From Heptranchias perlo (taxonomy: Eukaryota): a DNA stretch of 64,000 nt. Positions 12,006-23,916 of the stretch are shown here, in pieces. A program made the position numbers and the translations under genes. The stretch spans positions 2,294,001 through 2,358,000 of the forward strand of contig NC_090361.1 of assembly GCF_035084215.1 (NCBI RefSeq), read 5' to 3'. Within the stretch, counting starts at the first letter, position 1. The number at the start of each line of letters is the position of its first letter. Below the pieces are notes generated by a model that was not told where the DNA came from, made no database searches, and saw only the letters and a list, made by a program, of their open reading frames with translations.

Positions 12006-13497
12006 CAGTGCTGGGTCACTCAGTCCTGTTATACACACAGTCAGTGCTGGGACACCCAGTGCTGGGTCACTCAGTCCTGTTATACACACAGCCAGTGCTG
12101 GGTCACTCAGTCCTGTTATACACACAGCCAGTGCTGGGTCACTCAGTCCTGTTATACACACAGCCAGTGCTGGGTCACTCAGTCCTGTTATACACACAGC
12201 CAGTGCTGGGTCACTCAGTCCTGTTGTACACACAGTCAGTGCTGGGACACCCAGTGCTGGGTCACTCAGTCCTGTTATACACACAGTCAGTGCTGGGTCA
12301 CTCAGTCCTGTTGTACACACAGTCAGTGCTGGGACACTCAGTCCTGTTATACACACAGTCAGTGCTGGGACACCCAGTGCTGGGTCACTCAGTCCTGTTG
12401 TACACACAGCCAGTGCTGGGTCACTCAGTCCTGTTATACACACAGTCAGTGCTGGGACACTCAGTCCTGTTATACACACAGTCAGTGCTGGGACACCCAG
12501 TGCTGGGTCACTCAGTCCTGTTGTACACACAGTCAGTGCTGGGACACTCAGTCCTGTTATACACACAGCCAGTGCTGGGTCACTCAGTCCTGTTATACAC
12601 ACAGTCAGTGCTGGGACACTCAGTCCTGTTATACACACAGTCAGTGCTGGGACACCCAGTGCTGGGTCACTCAGTCCTGTTGTACACACAGTCAGTGCTG
12701 GGTCACTCAGTCCTGTTATACACACAGTCAGTGCTGGGTCACTCAGTCCTGTTATACACACAGCCAGTGCTGGGACTCTCAGTCCTGTTATACACACAGC
12801 CAGTGCTGGGTCACTCAGTCCTGTTATACACACTGTCAGTGCTGGATCACTCGGTCCTGTTACACACACAGTCAGTGCTGGGTCACTCAGTCCTGTTATA
12901 CACACAGTCAGTGCTGGGACTCTCCGTCCTGTTATACACACTGTCAGTGCGGGGACACTCAGTCCTGTTATACACACAGTCAGTGCGGGGACACTCAGTC
13001 CTGTTATACACACAGTCAGTGCGGGACACTCAGTCCTGTTATACACACAGTCAGTGCGGGGACACTCAGTCCTGTTATACACACAGTCAGTGCGGGGACA
13101 CTCAGTCCTGTTATACACACAGTCAGTGCTGGGTCACTCAGTCCTGTTATACACACTGTCAGTGCTGGATCACTCGGTCCTGTTACACACACAGTCAGTG
13201 CTGGGACACTCAGTCCTGTTGTACACACAGTCAGTGCTGGGACTCTTGGTCCTGTTATACACACAGTCAGTGCTGGGACACTCAGTCCTGTTATACACAC
13301 AGTCAGTGCTGGGACACTCAGTCCTGTTGTACACACAGTCAGTGCTGGGACACTCAGTCCTGTTGTACACACAGTCAGTGCTGGGACTCTCGGTCCTGTT
13401 ATACACACAGTCAGTGCTGGGACACTCAGTCCTGTTATACACACAGTCAGTGCTGGGACACTCAGTCCTGTTATACACACAGTCAGTGCTGGGACAG
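12006..13497. repeat. 36-bp minisatellite (cagtgctgggtcactcagtcctgttatacacacagt) with interspersed 15-bp partial units
   Basis: 12-aa periodicity VLGHSVLLYTQS; lies in SLC25A23 intron 1. Confidence 0.95.
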
Positions 13498-14466
13498 TCG
13501 GTGCCTTTTACTCGGAAGCATTTTCTCCAGCCAATCCAGTAGATGTTATGTTTCTTTCATGTAATCACTGGCTGCTAGAAAAGTTTTATTCAGGGTCTAA
13601 CTTTCTAAAGAGACCCAGGTTTTGTTGCACACTGTGAACCCTGGGCTGGCTGGGTAATACTGGGATGTGTGTATCATCCACATGCTGCATTATTGCCCTG
13701 ACCCCTCAGCTGGTGTCCTTTCAACAGATCAACAATGTTAATAACATATTACAGTAATCGGTTTAGGATTAGGGTTTTGCTCATGTTATTACTCTGGGTG
13801 TTAACCTGAGGTCTGCTCGACACAGAACAGACTCCCTCAGCTCATATACTGGGAGCAGCTTTAACAGACAACGAGACTCCCCCTTAAATTAAAGTGTAAA
13901 GCGATGTTTAATTTCCAAGCACAGGATCAGCTCAAATTGGTGGGACTCCACTCCCAGGATGGAGACTCTGGTGAGAGAAGCAATCGCTTTGGACACAAAG
14001 CAGATCAGTGGAGAGAGTTTACAACCATCATCTCACTGTGCTCACCCCCTGTCACACCCACTCTCTCCACTAGAGAGAATTTGACTATCAGCAAAGTAAT
14101 CTTTCTTTTGGCCCCTATCCTCTGCTCTCCTCCCTGGAGATGTTGGATTCTCCCTGGGATCATGTTCTGTGGTTACTGGGCCCTTCTGGTCTCTTTCCCG
14201 AGTGAGCCGAGACATGGAATGTTGGCAACTGTCCAGGACGTCACACGGAAGAGGGTCCCTGTCTCCAGCAGCTCGCTTTCCAATTGGGGCCACTGGGTGG
14301 CGATTAGGGGCAGCAGCTAATGTTTGATTTCCCTTCAATATCCGAGGGAGGCTCAGGCTGATTGTGACCTCAGTGGCTGCCCATGGTTCGGATCGGCGAA
14401 CAGCACAGACCGGAGGCCTGGAGAAGAGATTACAGACACCGTGTGACACATGGGGGTTGTTACCAC

Positions 14467-15655
14467 AGTCACACTGTGGCTCAGTGGGTAACTCGCCTCT
14501 GAGTCAGAAGACTGTGGGTTCGAGTCCCACTCCAGCGACTTGAGAATAAATAGCCAGGCTGACACTCCCATTGCGGTACTGAGGGAGTGCTGCAGAATGG
14601 GCCTTGCCTTGTCTTGTCTGTCATCTTTGAGTTGGATGAAAAAGATCCCATGACTATTCGAAGAACAGTGGAATTCTCCCCAGTACCCTGGCCAATGTTT
14701 ATTCCTCATTAATAATATTATCCAAGTTTGCTGATGATACAAAGGTAGGTGGGAAAGTAAGATGTGAGGAGGATACAAAGTGTCGGCAAAGGGATATAGA
14801 CAGGTTAAATAAACGGGCAAGAAGGTGCCAGATGGAGTATAATTTGGTGGGAAGAATAGAAAAACAGAATATTTTTTAAATGGTGAGAAACTATTAAATG
14901 TTGGTGTTCAGAGAGACTTGGGTGTCCTCGTACAAGAAACACAAGAAGTTAACATGCAGGTACAGCAAGCAATTAGGAATGCAAATGGCATGTTGGCCTT
15001 TATTGCAAGGAGGTTGGAGTACAAGAGTAAGGAAGTCTCACTCCAATTGTACAGGGCTTTGATGAGACCACACCTGGAGTACTGCGTACAAGCTTTGGTC
15101 TTCTTATCTCAGGAAGGATATACTTGCCTTATGGCGGTGCAACAAAGGTTCACTAGATTGATTCCTGGAATGAGAGTGTTGTCCTATGAGGAGAGATTGA
15201 GTAGAATGGGACCTATACACTAGAATTTAGAAGAATGAGAGGTGATCTCATTGAAACATATAAGATTCTGAGGGGGCTTGACTGGGTAGATGCTGAGAGG
15301 TTGTTTCCCCTGGTTGGCGAGTCCAGAACTAGGGGCCATCGTCTCGGAATAAGGGGTTGGCCATTTAAGACTGAGATGAGGAGGAATTTCTTCGCTGAGA
15401 CGGTTGTGAATCTTTGGAATTCTCTACACCAAAGGGCTGTGGATGCTCATTTGTTGAGCATAGTCAAGGCTGAGATCAATAGATTTTTGGACTCTAGGGG
15501 AATCAAGGGATATGGGGATCGGGCGGGAAAGTGGAGTTGAGGCCAAAGATCAGCCATGATCTGATTGAATGGTGGAGCAGGCTCGAGGGGCCGAATGGCC
15601 TAGTCCTGCTTCTTATGTTCTTATGGGACCTTGCTGTGCAAAAAATGGCTGCCAC
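14467..15655 (+). mobile_element. Deu-type SINE interrupted by a CR1 RT/3' fragment (CR1 about 14713-15625)
   Basis: SINE head at 14467; CR1 starts at aagtttgctgatgat (KFADD); ORFs 14918-15223 and 15235-15540; SINE resumes at gggaccttgctgtgc. Confidence 0.85.
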
Positions 15656-15689
15656 TTGTGGGGCAGGACATAGGCGAGAATTCCTCGAC

Positions 15690-15830
15690 ATCTCATCCAA
15701 AAGACGGCACCTCCAACAGTGCAGCACTCCCTCAGTACTGCACTGGGGGTGTTGGCCTGGATATGGGCTCAGGTTTCTGGAGTGGGGACTTGAACCCACG
15801 ACCTTCTGACTCAGAAGCGAGCGAGAGAGC
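15690..15830 (-). mobile_element. Deu-type SINE 5' fragment
   Basis: Reverse complement of the SINE head and central domain (gcagcactccctcagtactgcactg...ggacttgaacccacgaccttctgactcaga). Confidence 0.75.
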
Positions 15831-16587
15831 TCCCCACCGGGGCCGGGTGTGCACCTGCATTTTGCTCTGGTTAGACCTTGAGTGAACTGCTGAAATGAAT
15901 GTGTCTGTGGGAGCCGGTTGTTAATTGTATCCATGCGATTTAGTGTTAATTGTATTCAGGTGGTGAGCATCAATTGGGAACTCTCTTGTATCCATTTATA
16001 AGAGAGCTGATCTCGGGTTTGGTGTGAGTGTAAATGTGGAGCTCTGTGAATAGAGGCTTGGAAGCAACTGAAGACCAAGCTCTAGAATTCTATCCTTCAC
16101 CACCAGGCCATCCAATTTAGAACACCGGTGAGGGGGGTGCGCAGAGTTTCCGAGGAAGGGGCAGTACAGCCCTGATATTTACGGGGAGGCTGGGTGGGGG
16201 GATCCTGGAAATCCTGGGGATCGAGCTGGAGTGCTTCTCCCGGCCCCTCCAGCAAATCCTCTGCCGCGATTGGCCAACCCCCAAATCCGCGACCCTGAGC
16301 CTTCTGCCCCGCGACCTCCTTAGCATTTTTTTTTTGCTTCGTCTCCCGCCCGCCAGCCGGACGGTTTGAGAGGCTGGTGGGCGAGAAAGCCTGCGGTAGA
16401 AGGCTGCAGCTGGGAAAGATCGCGGGGCAGAAGGTTTGGGATCGCAGGAGTGCTTTAGGGGGCTCGGGGTGGGGGCGGGGGGGAGCACTCCTGCTCCTCC
16501 TGGCCCACAAGCTGTGCTGGAGAAAGCACTTACCTGCCGGATCCGGCTGTTCATATCTCCATTTCGCTGCTGAGTTTCCCGAGCCCG

Positions 16588-17048
16588 GACTGATACCCAG
16601 ACTTCAAGGGTTAAGTTACGAGGAGAGATTACACAAATTGGGGTTGTATTCTCTGGAGTTTCGAAGGTTAAGGGGTGATCTGATCGAAGTTTATAAGATA
16701 TTAAGGGGAACAGATAGGGTGGATCGAGAGAAACTATTTCCGCTGGTTGGGGATTCTAGGAGTAGGGGGCACAGTCTAAAAATTAGAGCCAGACCTTTCA
16801 GGAGCGAGATTAGCAAACATTTCTACACACAAAGGGTGGTAGAAGTTTGGAACTCTCTTCCGCAAACGGCAATTGATACTAGCTCAATTGCTAAATTTAA
16901 ATCTGAGATAGATAGCTTTTTGGCAACCAAAGGTATTAAGGGATATGGGCCAAAGGCAGGTATATGGAGTTAGATCACAGATCAGCCATGATCTTATCAA
17001 ATGGCGGAGCAGGCACGAGGGGCTGAATGGCCTACTCCTGTTCCTATG
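16588..17048 (+). mobile_element. CR1 3' fragment
   Basis: LIPRLQGLSYEERLHKLGLYSLEFRRLRGDL...IKGYGPKAGIWS plus tail. Confidence 0.9.
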
Positions 17049-18240
17049 AGCCCTGGGTAGCTGGTCAGCTGTCAAATTTAAATCAGGCTTCCGACTGCAC
17101 TGTGGTAGCCTGATTTCAATATTACAATGAGGCGTCTCGCTGCTCGAGAGCAATACACAGACACGCAAATCGCCCGCCGGAGAAACCTCAGCAGTTGCGT
17201 CGGCAGTGGGTTGGGGTCGCATGACTCAATTTTAAAATTTTAAACCCCCCCCGCCGACCCCACACAAACAGACCCCCTCCGGCCTGTCGTCAGGGGGTTA
17301 AAATTCCTCCCCAAGTCTCTGGAACGAATTGATGTTGAAGATCCAAGTGTGGTTTGTAATCCCAGCGATTGGCGGAGTGACAGTGGCAGAGGGGGGAATC
17401 ACTTTACATCCACTTTTAGTTTAGCTCTTACCAGTCGCTGACTGAAATGCCAACAATTTCACCGCCCCCTGCTCTGAGGCATTGTTGATGTTTTTAAATG
17501 TCAGGGGATGTTACACACAGTGTGAGAGGCCGCCCTCACCAACTGGGCAGGCAGTATAACTGCGGTCACAGGGGTAACGGCAGCGTGAAGTCAGTCACCC
17601 ACATCCCAACATCTGTCAGTTTGCGAGGCCTGAGAAAGCAGCTTAGTTTACAAAGCGCCTTATCGCAGCGACGGGCCATCTGACAGCCAACTACCTTACC
17701 ATGCAGACAAACATGGGAACCGTTTTATACACAGCAGGTTTCCACGAATGGCAACATGATGCGCTGGCTAATTAATCCGCTTTGGCCAAGAATTCCCTGG
17801 GAGAATTCCCTGTCCTCAAACACTGGCTTCGGGGGAGGGGAGGGATTTTTCACGATGCTGGAATTTGGCTCAGGGAAGGATCTCCCGTCTCCCCCTCTCC
17901 CCTCTCCCCGTCTCCCCTCTCCCCGTCTCCCCTCTCCCCCTCCTCACCAACTCCCCCTCCCAAGCCTTTCCAATCGATCACATGGGCTAAAGCAGCTCTT
18001 TAATCCTTAAGTAGCAATTCTGGTCACCAGAAATGCACAGGTATAAACGGGGGAGACACATGAGGTGATATTCCCCCGGTTTACCTGCTGTTATCAGATG
18101 CCCTTCATATATTTAGCAGACCCCATTATACAGCCCCTGCACTGCAGGAGGGAATCCCACAGGTGAGAGGACTCGGACCTGGAGTAACTCCAGAAAAATC
18201 CTGCCCGGGATCCCGAAAATACACCCGAACTGGTTACTCA

Positions 18241-18424
18241 GGGCATCACTCAGTCCTGCACTGGAGTGTTAACCATGGGGGGCATCACACAGTCCTGCAC
18301 TGGAGTGTTAACCATGGGGGGCATCACACAGTCCTGCACTGGAGTGTTAACCATGGGGGGCATCACACAGTCCTGCACTGGAGTGTTAACCATGGGGGGC
18401 ATCACACAGTCCTGCACTGGAGTG
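18241..18424. repeat. 39-bp tandem repeat (about 4.7 copies)
   Basis: gggcatcacacagtcctgcactggagtgttaaccatggg; core resembles the antisense SINE segment cagtactgcactgggagtgtcagcc. Confidence 0.9.
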
Positions 18425-18599
18425 AGTCTGGTTTATGTGCACAGGCCCTGGGTTGGGGCTGAATCTGTTTGATGACCTGGACTCCAATGACTTGGACTTG
18501 GTCGATAATGATTGCAAAAAGAACAAAAGAAAAGAGACTGGAAAATAATTGGAAATAAAAGGAAAAATATGCAAAAGACAAGAAGAAAAAGCAGGAGAC

Positions 18600-18765
18600 A
18601 TTTTAAAAATAGTTATATTTCTTAATGCTAAAGGGATTAAGGGCTATGGGGAAAAAGCGGGAACAGGGTACTGAGTTAGACGATCAGCCATGATCATTTT
18701 GAATGGCGGAGCAGGCCCGAAGGGCCGAATGGCCTACACTTGCTCCTATTTTCTATGTTTCTCTG
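18600..18765 (+). mobile_element. CR1 3' tail
   Basis: gggattaagggctatggg...gggccgaatggcctac...ttctatgttt. Confidence 0.75.
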
Positions 18766-19624
18766 TTAAAACTTGATGTGGACGAGGCGAAAAAATCAAA
18801 AAACAGCGAAAGAAACGGAAACTGAGGTGGTAATTGACAGTGATGTCGAAGTCAAGACTCAATTTTAACACTGTTAAGATGTGAGTGGGTGCAAATCCAG
18901 CATGAACTGGTGATCGGACTCGAGCCCACGACTCGGGTTTCTCCTCTCTGCCCGCCGTTCTGTCCCTCTCCCTCTCTGCCCGCCGTTCTGTCCCTCTCCC
19001 TCTCCCTCTCCATCATTCCACTGCCAGTCTTCCCACCTCTACAGGTACTGTTCCATATCATTGGCAGCCCGACTGCCCTCCATCGTCCTTCGGACTCTAG
19101 AATATATCAATCAGATTATCAAAGGGGGAAGGTCTTCGTGTGTAATGTATGATAAATGGAGTGATCTTTGTGTGTCATAAATGCAGTGTCAAACGGGTGA
19201 GGGCAAATTTCAGATTAACGGACGGCCACAATGTATTTTAATAATAAAGCGAGGGCTCCCTCAGGTGGCTCTTTCAGTAAAAGCGTTTGGAACTGTTCTG
19301 CACCGACCGAGAAAACAATAATTTGCATTTATAATTGCACCTTGTCTGTTTCTGTAAAGTGCTTCACAGCCAATTAATTCCTTTAAAGAGCAGTGACTGT
19401 TGTTATGTGTGAAGTTAAAATAAAACTGGAAATCTGAAATTAAAGCAGAAAATGCTGGAAATTCACAACTGGACCTCAACATCTTAAAGGAGAAAAGATT
19501 AATGGTGTGGAGCCTTGGTCAGAACTTGAAGCTTTTACAAACAACAGGGAAAATCAAAAGTGAGATCTGCTGACTATTTATCCCATTCATGGCGATAAGA
19601 ATCTGGCTGCTGGATGATGTACAA

Positions 19625-19992
19625 GAAGAATGAGCGGTGATCTCATTGAAACGTTTAAAATTCTGAGCAGGGTAGATGCTGAGAGGCTGTTTCCCCGGCT
19701 GGAGAGTCTAGGACTAGGGGGCATGGCCTCAGGATAAGGGGTCGGCCATTTAGGACCAAGATGAGGAAAAATTTCTTCACTCAGAGGGTTGTGAATCTTT
19801 GGAATTCTCTACCCCAGAGGGCTGTGGATGCTGAGTCGTTGAATATATTCAAGGCTGAGATTGGTAGGAATCAAGGGATATGGGGATCGGGCGGGAAAGT
19901 GGAGTTGAGGTCGAAGATCAGCCATTATCTGATTGAATGGCGGAGCAGGCTCAAGGGGCCAGATGGCCGACTCCTGCTCCTACTTCTGATGT
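19625..19992 (+). mobile_element. CR1 3' fragment
   Basis: MRKNFFTQRVVNLWNSLPQRAV plus tail. Confidence 0.85.
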
Positions 19993-21264
19993 TCAAACTC
20001 AGCCAGGCGGTGGAAAAGGCCTTGGAAAGGCAGAGAGTGAAAGAATCTCAAAGTGAAAGGGAACGGAGAGAATAAGAGAAACAGGCAGGTAAACGGGGGA
20101 GAGCGCCACGGTCTGAAGTGGCTGAAGTTAACGTTCAGACCAGTGGGCAGCAGAGTGGTCAAGGGAGAGGTGACATACTCCTCATCTGATGGACATTAAG
20201 ATTGGTGTCAGAGTGCGAACGGGTAGGGCAGAGAGGATCACACTTAAAACAGAATAGAGAGGTCCCGCAATCTGTGCTGGGTCTCGCCGGTGTTGTGGAG
20301 ACTGCACTGTGAGCAGAGGCTGCACTAGACTGGAGAATGCACATGCAGATTGTTGTCTCGCAGGGGTGCTGCCCTGGACTATGGTGTTGGGATAGAGGGG
20401 AACGAGAGGTGTTGCATCTGATGGGGTTACCAAGGGAAACCGGCAGGGGGTAGTGGGGCAGGGGGTAGTGGGGCTGGTGAAAGAACGAGCGAGGAGGGAG
20501 GAAATGGTCCATCCAGAGAGGGGAGGGGAATGAGACCTTGACTCAAACTTCACGTTGTAGTGGTGGGAATAGTGAACGATGAGCGGGCGGATGGAAGGTG
20601 AGCACCAGGAGGGAACCTGCTGTCCTCACTGCCATTGGGGTGATGGACTCAGGGTATCAGGGGAACTGAACCCCAGGAGGAGTCAATACCTGCAGGAGAG
20701 GAGAACATTTAGTCTATGAAAGTTTTTACAGCAACTTTCACTTCCAGAAAGCAGCAACTGAATAACCGTAAAAATATTTATATAAATATAGAAAAAGAGG
20801 GAGAAAGGAAGTTATTTCCTGCTGTTTTCTGATCTTGAGATGAGATGGAGATGTTGAGAAACGAGGAGAGGATTGAGTCCGGACCATAACAAGAATAATT
20901 AATCTCCAATTGACCTTTGGATGTATTTAGACCACTTCAGCACAGGGTTACCTGAGCATTGGCCTTAAAGGGACCGGTTAAACACAGCTCCATCTCACCA
21001 GCGACACATGCTTCAAACTCCATCACAACGCCACAGGAGACCTTACTGGTCTTTCGAAGAATGTTTCCCATAAATATGGCCGGTGCGTTGCACTAACCAA
21101 AGCACCAGGCAGGTGAGAGGATATCTGACCCCCATTGTCCACCGACCAACAGTCACAGCGCCTCAGACTAACTCGCTGTACGTGAAACGCTCTGGGACAC
21201 TCCTCAGAGGTCAGATGAACGCAACTTTTTTCATTCTTTCCTTATTTCTGCTCTCGTCTTTCAG

Positions 21265-21391
21265 GAAATCCTGCGAGCGGGTGACACCAATCACGATGGT
21301 CAGCTGGACCTGGCGGAGTTCATCGAGTATCTGCGGCAACACGAGAAAAAACTGAAGCTGATGTTCAAGAGTCTCGACCAGAACAATGACG
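21265..21391 (+). CDS. SLC25A23: SCaMC exon 2 (EF-hand 2, start of EF-hand 3)
   Basis: tttcag|GAA; [43 protein letters not shown]; G|gtattt; 127 nt. Confidence 0.95.
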
Positions 21392-21554
21392 GTATTTATG
21401 ACGAACCATTCCCCTGAGAGCTGTCCCATTAGTCCCACTCCCTGCCCTTTCCCCAGAGCCCTGCAAATATTTCTTTTTCAAGTATTTATCCAATTTCCTT
21501 TTGAAAGTTGCTATTGAACCTGCTTCCACTCTCAAACCCCTTTTCTAAAAATTC

Positions 21555-21935
21555 ATTCATGGGGATGTGGGCGTCTCCGGCGAGGCCGGCATTTATTGCC
21601 CATCCCCTAATTGCCCTTGAGAAGGTGGTGGTGAGCCGCCTTCTTGAACCGCTGCAGTCCGTGTGGTGAAGGTTCTCCCACAGTGCTGTTAGGTTGGGAA
21701 TTCCAGGATTTTGACCCAGCGACGATGAAGGAACGGCCGATATGTGTCCAAGTTGGGATGGAGGGGAACTTGGAGGTGATGGTGTTCCCATGACGATGCT
21801 GCTCTTGTCGTTCTCGGTGGTAGAGGCTCCGGGGAGGGCTTGAGGTGATGTTGAAGTGACCTTGGTGAGTTGCCCCAGTGCATCCTATAGATCGTACACA
21901 CTGCAGCCACGGTGCGCCGGTAGTGGAGGGAGTGG
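21555..21935 (-). mobile_element. LINE 3' fragment (same family as 7828-7955)
   Basis: Shared 3' end; extends further into the element. Confidence 0.7.
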
Positions 21936-22091
21936 AAACTGAGTCCAGAGGGAGATGAGAATTTTAGCTCTGCTGACCACCAGGCCAGACTGGGATGCAG
22001 TAGAAACCGGGCCCCAGAGGTGAAAAGATAGTCACTACTTCATGACAAACCATGTCAGCAGATCAAAGAGTACGGCCCAGCATTGACTGTC

Positions 22092-22465
22092 AGGGGCTTG
22101 ATCGGGTGGATGCGGTAAGGATGTTCCCAAGGATGGGTGAAACTAGAACTGGGGGGCATAATCTTAGAATAAGGGGCTGCTCTTTCAAAACTGAGATGAG
22201 GAGAAACTTCTTCACTCAGAGGGTAGTAGGTCTGTGGAATTTGCTGCCCCAGGAAGCTGTGGAAGCTACATCATTAAATAAATTTAAAACAGAAATAGAC
22301 AGTTTCCAAAAAGTAAAGGGAATTAGGGGTTACGGGGAGCGGGCAGGAAATTGGACATGAATTCAGATTTGAGGTTAGGATCAGATCAGCCATGATCTTA
22401 TTGAATGGCGGAGCAGGCTCGAGGGGCCGATTGGCCTACTCCTGCTCCTATTTCTTATGTTCTTC
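22092..22465 (+). mobile_element. Young CR1 3' fragment
   Basis: Near-identical to the reverse complement of about 30646-31020; (ttcttatg)n tail. Confidence 0.9.
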
Positions 22466-22766
22466 TTCCTGCAAAGTGTAATAAACACTTGGAATAGATT
22501 TCCATTTGGAGGAGAGGGAGAAAGGAAAACCTTTGGATGAGATGATAGGGGAGGTAAGATGGGCCGAATGGGCCTGTATTTATCCTGGCCTCTTGTTGTC
22601 CGACTTTGCCCTCCCGCCCTCAACCTCAAAGTGTGTCAGTGACGGGCACACAGTTGAAGAAGTTCAATGGGACAGGGCAGAGTCTTCTGCAATGGATGGA
22701 AACACTTTCCCATGTTTGGCCTAATCTGGTCTCTCTCTCGATTGCTGCTCCTGTGCCTCGGATCAG

Positions 22767-22854
22767 GTGAGATCGACGCCTTTGAGATTCAGCAGACTCT
22801 GTCCAGCCTCGGGATCTCCATCACTCTACAACAAGCTGAGAAGATCCTCCTGAG
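22767..22854 (+). CDS. SLC25A23: SCaMC exon 3
   Basis: cag|GT GAG; (G)EIDAFEIQQTLSSLGISITLQQAEKILL(S); AG|gtgagt; 88 nt. Confidence 0.95.
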
Positions 22855-23034
22855 GTGAGTCGCATCCCGGTCGGTCGGCGTTTGTTTGTCCAGTGAGTTT
22901 ATTTTTCTGCAAAGGCAAATTTATTCTCCCGCTCCTCCTCTCAGGACAATGGTGGCTGTTATTGGGGAACAGTTGCCACCAGCAACCCCCCCTTAGAGTG
23001 ACTCACCCAAGTAATCATCCTTCATGGGAAAGAA

Positions 23035-23392
23035 AGAACTTGCAAAAGTGAGCAGCCAGTTTGTGCACAGCAAGGTTCCACAAACAACAATGGGGTACAA
23101 ATGACCAATGGTGTTGGTTGAGGGATAAATATTGGCCAGGATATCGGGGAGAACTCACCTGCTCGTCTTTCAATAGTGCCACGGGATCACTTGCGTCCAC
23201 CTGAGAGGGCAGACGGGGCCTCGGTTTAACATCTCATCCTGAGACGGCACCTCCAACAATGCAGCACTCCCTCAGTGCTGCACTGGGAGTGTCAGCCTAG
23301 ATTACGTGTTCAAGTGTCTGGAGTGGGGGCTTGAACCAACAACCTTCTGACTCAGAGGCGTGAGAGTTACCCACGAGCCACAGCTGACACTT
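23035..23392 (-). mobile_element. Deu-type SINE
   Basis: Reverse complement of head and body, ending ...gagccacagctgacac. Confidence 0.8.
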
Positions 23393-23804
23393 AAGCCACA
23401 CCTTGAAGTCCATGAGTGTTGGTGGGATTTTGGACTGTGCCGGGGGGGCTCTGCTTTAACCCGAGACCCAGACACTTTCCATCACCTGTTACTGGGCAGA
23501 GATCAGGAGCAGGTAACCCCGGCTGACCTCATTCCTCTGCCTAGCCCTGGGGCACTGAGGCCAATTGTAACCTCCACTGCTGTCCCTGTGTGATGTGCTT
23601 TCTATGAACAGTCTGCTGTTGCCCAGCTCCCACGGCTGGTGTTGGTGCACAGCCTGAGGCAGTCCAGTAAAGGAAGAGATCTGGGAGGGTCAGGTGGGAA
23701 GGATGTTAACGTACCCGAAGAAAAATAAGTGAGCAGCAATTGTGTGAGGTGGGAATGTACAGTGTCTGACTCCAGAACTGACGCTGATTTCTCCTCTATC
23801 CCAG

Positions 23805-23916
23805 CATGGACAAGGATGGAACAATCACAGTGGACTGGACTGAGTTTCGAGACCATTTCATCTTTAACCCATTAACCAATGTGGAGGAGATTGTACAGTA
23901 CTGGAAACACTCGACG
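23805..23916 (+). CDS. SLC25A23: SCaMC exon 4 (EF-hand 4)
   Basis: [37 protein letters not shown]; cccag|C, ACG|gtgagt; 112 nt. Confidence 0.95.

Noticed and set aside
11994-13564. 518-aa and 374-aa repetitive ORFs
   Set aside because: Read-through of a 36-bp intronic minisatellite; open on both strands because the unit is a multiple of 3 without stops
14467-14545. tRNA-like sequences (also about 9810, 26240 and 37488)
   Set aside because: They are SINE heads continuing into the SINE body; no complete cloverleaf
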